A stretch of DNA of 64,000 bases, taken from NCBI RefSeq assembly GCF_004010195.1, contig NC_057760.1, positions 1,951,422 to 2,015,421 of the forward strand, given 5' to 3'. Each line of letters starts with the position of its first letter. Within the stretch, counting starts at the first letter, position 1. Under the pieces are notes generated by a model, which did not search any database, was not told the DNA's origin, and saw nothing but the letters and a program-made list of their open reading frames with translations. Shown in pieces: positions 38,848-48,563 of this stretch. Source of the DNA: Chiloscyllium plagiosum (Eukaryota). The translations under genes were made by a program, and so were the position numbers.

Positions 38848-38898
38848 TTAATACGAACTGTGGGGTATGTTTGCCTTTGATGGCACACTAAAGGGCAT
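38848..38898 (-). other. 16-codon upstream ORF (MPFSVPSKANIPHSSY*) in exon 2 leader, in frame with and ending 6 nt before the ADAR1 AUG
   Basis: ATG at 38898, TAA at 38850-38848, then AGA GCT ATG(38841). Confidence 0.7.
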
Positions 38899-39299
38899 GC
38901 AGATTGAAGCGGGACCTTGGTCCAATCGATCAAATCACCTGCGCACACCTGAAACAAAAAACAGAAAATTAAAATTATGGCAATGGAAAACATTTATACC
39001 ATAAAATAAGCTGGGGTTCCCAGTCCTGATGGCCTCTTGCTGGAAAACAAACATGGAGGTTTTGGGGTGGTGACTGGATAGCTTATGATCCCTGCCGATG
39101 CTCACTGGCTGGGATGGTCAAGGAGAACAGCCACATGGACAGGGGAATGGAGGGTTGCTGGAACCTGCAAAATAGCACTCTAAGCTCAACACCATCGAAG
39201 TTGGACAAAATACCCTGCATAAAGCATGGAAAAGCATTCCATAATCACACCTTTAATCTGTAGAGAACAGACAAAGAGGGGGAGTGGGAGGGAGAGCTC

Positions 39300-39375
39300 G
39301 ACAGACAGACCGACCGAGACAGAGAGAGAAAGACAGAGAGAGAAAGACAGAGAGAGAAAGACAGAGAGAGACAGC
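39300..39375 (+). repeat. (GA/GACA)n microsatellite
   Basis: agacagagagagaaagacagagagag run. Confidence 0.85.
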
Positions 39376-40387
39376 AAGACTGTGACACAGAGAAAGAAAA
39401 GTCTGTATTTTGTGCTACCCCTGTCCACAGCTCCCAGTACAATTCAGCTCAGGGACCTAAGAAATTCTAAGAGCTTTTCCTTTTTACTTTGGTGGTAACC
39501 AGCAGTATACAGGACCTCAATCTCTCTGAAAGCACATCATACCAATGCTCCATTCAGGAAACAAACACGATGAACTAAATAAGAAGCTTGCTTTGAGTGT
39601 TATTTGCTCTGCAGAGCTGCCACCTGCCAGCTGGTGTAAACCATTAAATATATCCTGACCACACCATTCTCCAAGTCTTTTCATTGTGCAAAATGAACAC
39701 TGCATGTTCACAACTGCACACAGAATTTGACAGCCATTCAGCCCAAGAGATCCAAGCCAGTGTTTATACCTCACCCCACCAACATGTTCTTCTACATTTC
39801 CTCTCATGCAGGTATCCATCCAGCTTTACCCAACGTATGTTGGTGCTGAGCTATCAATTCCGCTCTAGGGCAAATAGGTAGATGTAATAAAAGTTGTGAG
39901 ACCGCAGAGAACAAAAAGATTACTGCAAGTTATCTGCTGCACAATTACATTTTAATTAAGAAAACGCATTGAAACCTGTGGCTTCAATTACTTGTCGTCA
40001 TATCGCTCCAGAGACCAGAACAATTAGAATTTCTGGAAACAGCACCACGGTAAGCAATGAAGGTAACCCCAAAACTGCCAGAATCCATATTTCTTCAGGG
40101 CAGGTAACTAGCGAATGGTGCTGGTTGAAAGAATAAGGGTCAGTCCTAACTGGCATCAGCAGGCATTTCAGCACACCAAGCACGAATTCTGATAGCACCG
40201 GACTCATCTTAAATGTATGTCAAGAGCACACTGGAGGGAATTAAAGAACTTGGAAATAAAATGTATCCTGTATTTAAATTTTCAATATAAATTTTAAATA
40301 TAAAATTTAATGCTATTTCACACCATTTGGTTGTTGCAATTTTTTTTTTTTAAAGTTAATAGAAACAAGTTTATCACTAACAGCTCA

Positions 40388-41447
40388 TCATTGGCTTGCT
40401 GAAAGAAAACAGAGGATTGTAGTTGATGGAACATGGTCATCTTGGTGTCCAGTTACTAGCGGCGTACCGCAAGGGTCGGTGTTGGGTCCACTGCTGTTCG
40501 TCATTTTTATAAATGACCTGGATGAGGGCTTAGATGCGTGGGTTTGTAAATTTGCAGACGACACTAAGGTCGGTGGAGTTGTGGATAGTGACGAAGGATG
40601 TAGTAGGTTGCAGAGAGACATAGATAGGATGCAGAGCTGGGCTGAGAGGTGGCAAATGGAGTTTAATGTGGACAAGTGTGAGGTGATACACTTTGGACGG
40701 AGTAAACGGAATGCAAAGTACTGGGCTAATGATAGGATTCTTGGGAGTGCAGATGAGCAGAAAGATCTCGGTGTCCATGTACACAGATCCCTGAAAGTGG
40801 CCACCCAGATTGACATGGTTGTTAAGAAGGCATACAGTGTTTTGGCCTTTATTAATGGAGGGATTGAGTTCCTGTACCAGGAAGTTATGCTGCAGCTGTA
40901 CAAAGCTCTGGTACGGCCACATTTGGAGTATTGTGTACAGTTCTGGTCACCGCATTATAAGGAGGATGTGGAAGCTTTGGAAAGGGTGCAGAGGAGATTT
41001 ACTAGGATGTTGCCTGATATGGAAGGAATGTCTTATGAGGAAAGGCTGAGGGCCTTGAGGCTGTTCTCGTTGGAGAGAAGAAGGTTGAGAGGTGACTTAA
41101 TAGAGACGTACAAGATAATCAAAGAGTTAGATAGGGTGGACAGGGAGAGCCTTTTTCCAAGTATGGGGGCGGCAAACACGAGGGGACACAACTTTAAAGT
41201 GAGGGGAGATAGGTATAAGACAGATGTCAGAGGTAGTTTCTTTACTCAGAGAGTAGTAAGGGTATGGAAAGCTTTGCCTGCATCGGTAGTAGATTTGCCA
41301 AGTTTAAGTGCATTTAAGTCGTCATTGGACAGGCAAATGGACGTACATTGAATAGTGTAGGTGGGATGGGCTTCAGATTAGTATGACAGGGCGGCGCAAC
41401 ATCGAGGGCCGAAGGGCCTGTACAGCGTTGCAATGTTCTATGTTCTA
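40388..41447 (+). mobile_element. Young 5'-truncated CR1 LINE with open RT C-terminal frame
   Basis: ORF 40479..41351: GPLLFVIFINDL, KFADDTK, LEYCVQFWSP, FFTQRVV; (TGTTCTA)n tail. Confidence 0.93.
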
Positions 41448-42484
41448 TTAATTACCCTTGAGAGATAGCTGGCAGCGACCCACCTTTTAAATGTCTGAAT
41501 GATCTGAACAAACTTTTCATTGCTGTGGGTCTAGGGTTGAGTATTGATAAGGGCAGCAGGTTTCCTTTCAAGAGAATCATCAGTGAACCAGATGGTTTCT
41601 TTTTTGGGCAATTCAGTAGTTACTGTACATAGGTCACTAAGGATCTTTAACCCCGGACTCTCAATAATCCCCGTTCCTCAATCAGTAACAGAACCACCAT
41701 AGTCCTGCAATGGTTCAAGAAAGCAGTTCACCACCACCTTCTCAAGGGCAACTAGGGATGAGCAATAAATGCTGGCCAGCCAGCGACACCCAAATCCCAC
41801 TAATAAATACATTTAAAAAATACTCCCACATGCTGTCAAATCAGATACCTATTCTAAAACACTGCAACATTGATTCTATGCTGAACCAGCTTCGATATTG
41901 CTGAAATATCACACTGAAGTTCATTTAATAGGGTGGACCAGCCAGCCAGTACAGCAATGCTCACCGTCCATGGAATGGTGAGCAAGTAAATTCAAAGCCA
42001 GGAGGCTTGAAGCCCCTAACAAATTAAAAAAAAAACTCCCTTTCTCAAAGAATGGTGTTACCAAAGGGAGTTTCCACGTAAGGGAATATACTCGAGGGAG
42101 AGATGAATTCAAAGGCAGGATGAGATTAAGTTGTTTTTTTGATCTCACCAGAGCAGACCCATTCTCCCCCTTTCACACCTTAATTTACACGGCTGTTCCT
42201 CTTTCACCATTATTTTGCACAGGACCTCCACGCCACCGATTCCCTTCGCCCCTCTTCTATCTGTGTGTAAATAACATTTAAAACGTTGTTCTCAACGCCT
42301 TTCAGTTCTGAGGCTTCGTCATACTGGACTTGAAAGCATTAACTCTGTTTCTTTGTCCATACATGCTGCCAGACCTGCTCAGCTTCTCCAACATTTTCTG
42401 TGTTTGCTTCAGATGCACAGCATCTGCGAAGTTTGCTTTTATTTTTGTAAAAACTGAATTAGGGTTCATGTCAGAAGACTCATA

Positions 42485-42665
42485 AACCCTCCTCTCATTT
42501 ATCTCTCCACCCTTCAGTCACTCTGCTTGTATTCCTGATGAAGGGCTTTTGCCCGAAACATCGATTTTACTGGTCCTCAGATGCTGCCTGAACTGCTGTG
42601 CTTTTCCAGGACCACTATCTCCAGAATCTGGTTTTCAGCATCCGCAGTCATTGTTTTTACCTCAT
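42485..42665 (+). mobile_element. Penelope-type terminal repeat with hammerhead core
   Basis: ATTC-CTGATGA-A-GGGC-TTTT-GCCC-GAAA-C-ATC at 42531-42562. Confidence 0.7.
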
Positions 42666-43999
42666 AAACACATCAGATCAGTTGGGCCAAATGACCTGTC
42701 ACACTGCACACATTCTACAATAATAATCCAAAGCCAGTATACTAATGAAAAGTAAACCTACCAGCTCCTGGCATTTTAAAAAAGTCATCACTGCGTTTGC
42801 ACCAGCAGCCTTCTCTGTATCATTTCAATATTAGTATCTGGGTTGCCAAAACAAGCACAAGCCAACACAAACAGTATAAAACCACTTATGGTGATTTAGT
42901 GGTAATGTCCCTATCTCTGAGCCAGAAGGCTTAGGTTGTTGGAAAAGCTCAGCAGGTCTGGCAGCATCTGCAGAGAAATCAGTGACCCTTTCCCAGAACT
43001 GATGGAAGCCAGGAAAAATGTCAGTTTATACAGGTATACAGAAGATAGGGTTGGGGGAGGGGGTAAGGAGTAAATGATAGGTGAAGATAGAGCCCAAAGA
43101 GAGAGAGAAGAGCAGTTGGACAGGCAAAGGGGTGGGCAATGAGCTGGCTAGGAGTGTAATAGCTGTTAATGGGGACTTTTAGTGACTGATGATGGATTGT
43201 GTGAATTAGCAGACTGAGAGATAACAAGGCCTGGGTGTGTGGGAGTTGGGGTAAGGACATGGGAGAGCTCAAGGCCTACTGAATCCAGAAGGCTGCAGGG
43301 TTCCCAAGTGGAAAATGAGGTGCTGATCTTGGGTTCAAATCCCACCTGTTCCAGAGGAGTTTAATAACATCCCTGAACAGGTTGATTAGAAATTATCTGG
43401 AACAGAAATGTGAGCAGGCAGAGATTTAGACTATCAAATATTTAGTGGAACAAATCAGGACCAACCAGCTCAGCAGAAGAGTTGAACAAAATGCTTCAGT
43501 CCAGAATGAATCACAAATCACAACACAAACAAACACACTTCAACAATGAGGAGTACCTGTGATTGAATAAGTTCCTGGAACAGCAACACCTTTTCAGAGA
43601 GGGGAGGATCTGTGTTGGGAGTAGCAGGTTCTAATCACCAGTCTCCTTGCAGGAAATCAACTAGATTCAAGATTCCTAGCTAGTGAAAGTCAGGTGAATT
43701 GCGGCCTGGAACTTCAGGATGTGAGATTTCCAGAGTCTAAAATTTACCAAATTCTGCAGGGGACAGATTACAAAACTTGGTCCCCAGAACAGGGTATTCC
43801 AGAAGCCCCACACAGAACAGCTCATTCCACTTGGGAACAAGCCACAATTAGGTAAATTAGCTCTCACAGACAAATCACCTATCTTCTCTATTAGTCTGTT
43901 AAAAGTCTAACTGGCACAGTTTTGACAAGAATAAGCAAAATAACCAGCACTTGCTCGGCACCACAGACTGTTCTGAACCGACCCTATATGGAAGGCCCC

Positions 44000-44026
44000 A
44001 GTTTCAGTTTTGTTTCTGATCCGCCC
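44000..44026. promoter_or_regulatory. Second ISRE/IRF-like element plus GC box
   Basis: AGTTTCAGTTTTGTTTC at 44000-44016 and CCGCCC at 44021-44026. Confidence 0.45.
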
Positions 44027-44076
44027 TGCCTGGTCACAATGAAGAGAATGATTTGCTCTCTCGGGTGGGGATTTAC

Positions 44077-44105
44077 CGACCTCCTTAAACACTGGCTGGC
44101 TGATT
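44077..44105 (-). other. Putative short non-coding ADAR1 first exon
   Basis: Runs from the predicted TSS to the first good donor, GTCG|gtaaat at 44077; contains no ATG. Inference only. Confidence 0.4.
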
Positions 44106-44168
44106 GAAAAACCAGCTCCACCTTCCCTGTTTATAAAACCGCCCGGGCTAGTTTCACTTTCGATTCCC
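44100..44168 (-). promoter_or_regulatory. Candidate interferon-inducible ADAR1 promoter: ISRE, GC box, TATA box, Inr
   Basis: Minus strand reads GGGAATC-GAAAGTGAAACT (ISRE, 44161-44150)-AGCCC-GGGCGG (44144-44139)-TTT-TATAAA (44135-44130), with Inr-like TCAATCA whose A (44105) lies 30 nt from the TATA. Oriented toward ADAR exon 2. Confidence 0.75.
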
Positions 44169-44685
44169 AGATTAAAAAAAACACATTCAGTTCAGAGGGC
44201 TCACGAGTTGCCTGCAACTTCCATGCTCACCCAATAATAGTAACTACTCAAAATCTTCCGTTCCCGCTCCCACTCTGAAAACACACTTATGCCTTTAACT
44301 GCACAGGCTGATTTTTCTTTCATGACACTGGACTTCACAGCGCAATGGGCAGGCAACCCTCAGTCCTCTGTGGCAGACACAATATAAATTGTCCCAGCCA
44401 GTGAACCGACCGCAGCCTTTCTGCAGTAAAACGCCACAAACTGACGAGCATGGTCAAATGTTAAAAAGGAAGAGAATGATGGTCATCGACTGAGTTTAAA
44501 CTTGGAACGTAAAGCCACCCGAGCATCACCACACAATAGGTGGACCCCACCGTAAATATTGTGATTGGGCGCTTGGGAGGGTGTCCAAAGGTCGCACATG
44601 GCGTTATAGAAACGCAGATCCACTCATTCGATTGATGACAATACAGCAATGGTGTATGCAGCACTTCAGACCCCCGCAGAATTTG

Positions 44686-44905
44686 CGGCGGCATGGTGGC
44701 TCAGTGGTTTGCACCGCTGCCTCTCAGCGCCAGAGAACCCCCCGGTTCGACACCATCCTACGCGGAGTTTGCACGTTCGTCCCCGTTTCCTCCTAAAGGC
44801 GTGCAGGTTAGACGGATTAGCTACGGTAAGTGCAGGGTTGCGGGGCTGTGGGGGTGCGAATGAGTGGGATGCTCCTTGGGAGGCATTTCTTCCACTCTGC
44901 AGGGA
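44686..44905 (+). mobile_element. Degenerate HE1-like SINE
   Basis: gcggcatggtggctcagtggtttgcaccgctgcctctcagcgccagaga head, diverged body. Confidence 0.65.
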
Positions 44906-45141
44906 TTCTGTGAGTCTCTGAAATTCTGCCTCTGAGCATTACTCTTAGTAGTTTGGTTAGCTAGAATGACCACCACCCCACAAACATTTTTCTGGGGTTT
45001 TTTTTTTGACAATTTTCAGGGTAATTTTTGCACATAATTTGCTATCAAATGTTGCGATCAGAGAACAGTGGGTCACAGACGATACCAAATACAAGTCATA
45101 CAGCACAGAATCAGGCTTTTGTCCATGCCAACCAAGTGGGC

Positions 45142-45369
45142 TAGTTCTGAGGAAGGAGAAAGTGAGGTCTGCAGATGCTGGAGATCAGAGCTGGAAATGT
45201 GTTGCTGGAAAAGCGCAGGTCAGGCAGCATCCAGGGAACAGGAGAATCGACGTTTCGGGCATAAGCCCTTCTTCAGGCTTATGCCCGAAACGTCGATTCT
45301 CCTGTTCCCTGGATGCTGCCTGACCTGCGCTTTTCCAGCAACACATTTCCAGCTTAGTTCTGAGGAAGG
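45142..45369. mobile_element. Fold-back Penelope-type element, perfect 79-bp inverted repeat, hammerhead core, 15-bp TSD
   Basis: Arms 45189-45267 and 45276-45354 are exact reverse complements. TAGTTCTGAGGAAGG occurs at 45142 and 45355. Minus strand has CTGAAGA-A-GGGC-TTAT-GCCC-GAAA-C-GTC. Confidence 0.85.
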
Positions 45370-46285
45370 GTCACTTCACCTCAAACATTAACTCTGATTA
45401 CTCTCCAAAGATGCTGCCAGACCTGCTGAGGTTTTACAACAATTTCTACTTCTGTCGCTGTTCTTGTTAGCTTAGCCCATACCAGAACGCCAACTTGGAG
45501 TGGTTCAGGGAACACCTGAGAGACACGCACCAAACAACCACACAGCCCTGTGGCCAACTACCCCCCAAGCACATGCAAGTCCTGAGCCGCCTCCACTACC
45601 AAATCAATGCCACCCACCATCTGAAGGAAGAACACCTCATCTTCTCAGAATCCCTACAGCAACCCTCGAAAAAGTAACCCACCCAGACCAATTCCCCAAC
45701 CCTATTACTCTCCATTTACCTCTGACTTATGCACCTAACCTGAACACTATGGGACAATTTAGCATAGCCAACCCACCCTCACCTGCACATCTTTGGATTG
45801 TGGGAGGAAACCGGAGCATCTGGAAGAAAGCCACACGGATACGGGGAATGTGCAAACTCCACACAGGTAGCTGCTCAAGGCTGGAATCAACCCTGGATCC
45901 CTGGTGCTGTGAGGCAGTTGCGCTAACTACTGAGCCACCATGCCACCCTTGTGCCTCAGGTCCCTATAATCAACATCAACTTCACCAGTTTCCAAATCTC
46001 CCCTCACACCACCCCATCCCAGCTCTAACCCTCCAATAAGCATACCTCCCTCTTGACCTGTCCATCTCCCTTCCAAACCATCTGTTCCACCCTCCCCTCG
46101 ACCAATCATAATTACCTCCCACCTGCATCCACCTACAGCCTTCCCACCTACTTTCCCCCCACCCCCCCATTTTATCTCAGCCCCCTTCCCCACTCCTGCT
46201 GAAGAGCTTATGCCCAAAACATCGTCTCTCCTGCTTCTCAGATGCTGCCTGACCTGCTGCGCCTTTCCAGCGCCACACTTTTTGA
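45370..46285 (+). mobile_element. Penelope-like fragment (GIY-YIG remnant and 3' repeat) interrupted by a SINE
   Basis: ORF 45495..45677 FREHLRDT...MQVL..LH...HLKEEHLIF resembles a PLE endonuclease; degenerate hammerhead core near 46196-46225. Confidence 0.6.
45655..45947 (-). mobile_element. HE1-like SINE (older copy)
   Basis: Reverse complement of the SINE head and V-domain. Confidence 0.75.
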
Positions 46286-46820
46286 TCAATATCATATCCT
46301 GGCCAAACATTTTTTAAATGTTGTAATTGTACCAGCCTCCACCACTTTCTCCGACAGCTCGTTCCGTAGATGCACCACCCTCTGGGTGAAAAGGTTTCCC
46401 CTCAAGTCTCTTTTAAATCTTTCCCCTCTCACCTTAAACCTAAGCCCTCTAGTTTTGGACTCCCCTCCGCCACCCCCACCCCAGGAAAAACAGACCTTGG
46501 CTATTCGCCCTATCCATGCCCCTCACTCAGCCTCTTCCAGTGTTCCAGGGGGAGATAAACCTCAACCTATCCAGCCCCTCACTATAGCTCAACTTTCTAG
46601 TCTGAGTAACATGCTTGTAAGTTTATTTTTTGCACCCCTTCCAGTTTAAAAACATCCTTCCTATAGCCAAATGTCATGCCAGTCACAGGAAAAACTACAT
46701 TGAGCAAAAGGGTATAGATTGATGTGTTAAGATTTTTCGACAGATTCAGGAATGGATTAAGAATACTTCACAACGATGTTCAATGAGGGGACATGTGTGG
46801 AGCATAAACACTGACACAGC

Positions 46821-47135
46821 GGCTCGGTGGCACAGTGGTTAGCTCTGCTGCCTCACAGCGCCAGAGACCCGGGTTAAATTCCCACCTCAGGTGACTATTT
46901 GTGTGGAGTTTGCACATTCTCCCTGTGTCTGCATGGGTTTCCTCCGGGTGCTCGGGTTTCCTCCCACAGTCCAAAAATGTGCAGGTTAGGTGAATTGGCC
47001 ATGCTAAATTGCCCATCGTGTTAGGTGAAGGGGTAAATGTAGGAGAATGGGTCCAGGTGGGTTGCTCTTCAGAGGGTCAGTGTGGACTTGGTGGGCCAAA
47101 GGGCCTGTTTCCACACTAAGTAATCTAATCTAATC
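46821..47135 (+). mobile_element. HE1-like SINE
   Basis: A/B boxes, V-domain, taatctaatc tail. Confidence 0.87.
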
Positions 47136-47193
47136 AATTGGGCCGAGCGTCTGTGAATTCCATGCCCTCAGGGAGTCAGATACTAGAAACAGA

Positions 47194-47405
47194 CAAAGAA
47201 TGTTGGTTCTGGATTAGTGGTGCTGGAAGAGCACAGCAGTTCAGGCAGCATCCAAGGAGTTTCAAAATCGACGTTTCGAGCAAAAGCCCTTCATCAGGAA
47301 TAAAGCTTTTGCCCGAAACGTCGATTTCGAAGCTCCTTGGATGCTGCCTGAACTGCTGTGCTCTTCCAGCACCACTAATCCAGAATTGTTTTTACCTCAA
47401 AGAAT
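47194..47405. mobile_element. Fold-back Penelope-type element with hammerhead core
   Basis: Arms ~47206-47286 and ~47307-47385; minus-strand CTGATGA-A-GGGC-TTTT-GCTC-GAAA-C-GTC; CAAAGAAT direct repeat on both flanks. Confidence 0.8.
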
Positions 47406-47410
47406 TAGTG

Positions 47411-47749
47411 GGTGGCACGGTGGCACAGTGGTTAGCACTGCTGCCTCACAGCGCTTGAGACCTGGGTTCAATTCCTGCCTCAGGCGACTGACTGTGTGGA
47501 GTTTGCACGTTCTCCCAGTGTCTGCGTGGGTTTCCTCCGGGTGCTCCGGTTTCCTCCCACAGTCCAAAGATGTGCAGGGTCAGGTGAATTGGCCACACTA
47601 AATTGCCCGTAGTGTTAGGTAAGGGGTAAATGTAGGGGTATGGGTGGGTTTTGCTTCGGCGGGTCGGTGTGGACTTGTTGGGCCGAAGGGCCTGTTTCCA
47701 CACTGTAATATAATCTAATCTAATGTAATGTAATGTAATCTAATCTAAT
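47411..47749 (+). mobile_element. HE1-like SINE
   Basis: A/B boxes, V-domain, (TAATC/TAATG)n tail. Confidence 0.88.
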
Positions 47750-48364
47750 GTCGGTCACAGAATTTGTTACCATTCCTCCTATACAAGAATTTTCCTGAGC
47801 ACGCAGAAAAGGCATCCACAATAATCACTCTTCTCATGCTGTCTTAGTATTCTCCATCGGTCTTGAAATACTCATGAGCTTTTGCTTATGGGCAATGGTA
47901 AACACAAAATGCATATCTACAAACTGGAGGCTGGATACTACACGAACACCAGCATTGCTCAGACGACAGAATAAATTTAGCAGAATTTTTATACACAGCA
48001 ACTTAACACATGATACACCAGTGTATAGGTGGGTGTTCACAGGCAGCAGCAATTTTGTGATCAGAAATCCAACCACAGGCTTTATTTTATCCTTGACGCT
48101 CAGTTATGTGATAGGTAGCATGATAAGGAGCGTGATATTCACACAAAGTGTCCACTTGAGCTTTAGCAGTGTATTTAGACTCAATGCTCCTAAATAAGTG
48201 TCACTGGTGCCTGGAGAATGTGATTTGCTACATAATAAAGTTGAATAAGTGTGGTGGTCACTGGTGGACAGTATTAATCAGATGTTAATTCTGTTCTGCT
48301 GTGTTTTGCTGCAGCTGTAACATCAGGTTTACACAAAGCTAGTGCCAAGGTAGCATGGGTAGGA

Positions 48365-48563
48365 TTTCAAACTGACATTAGGAGAAAGTGAGGGCTGCAG
48401 ATGCTGGAGATCAGAGCTGAAAATGTGTTGCGGGAAAAGCGCAGCAGGTCAGGCAGCATCCAAGGACCAGCATGAGCCCGAAACATCGATTCTGCTGGTC
48501 CTTGAATGCTGCCTGACCTGCTGCGCTTTTCCAGCAACACATTTTCAGCTTTCAAACTGACAT
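48365..48563. mobile_element. Fold-back Penelope-type element, 14-bp TSD
   Basis: TTTCAAACTGACAT at 48365 and 48550; inverted arms agctgaaaatgtgttg...aaggaccagca; hammerhead core mostly deleted. Confidence 0.8.

Noticed and set aside
37489..38880. Plus-strand ORFs overlapping exon 2 as an antisense gene
   Set aside because: Short shadow ORFs of the ADAR coding exon with no recognisable motifs or splice structure.
40479..41351. 290-aa ORF as a host gene
   Set aside because: It is the RT C-terminus of a 5'-truncated CR1 LINE (FADD motif, CR1 tail).
47411..47480. tRNA gene (A/B boxes)
   Set aside because: tRNA-derived head of an HE1-like SINE, followed by SINE body and tail; the same applies to the other copies.
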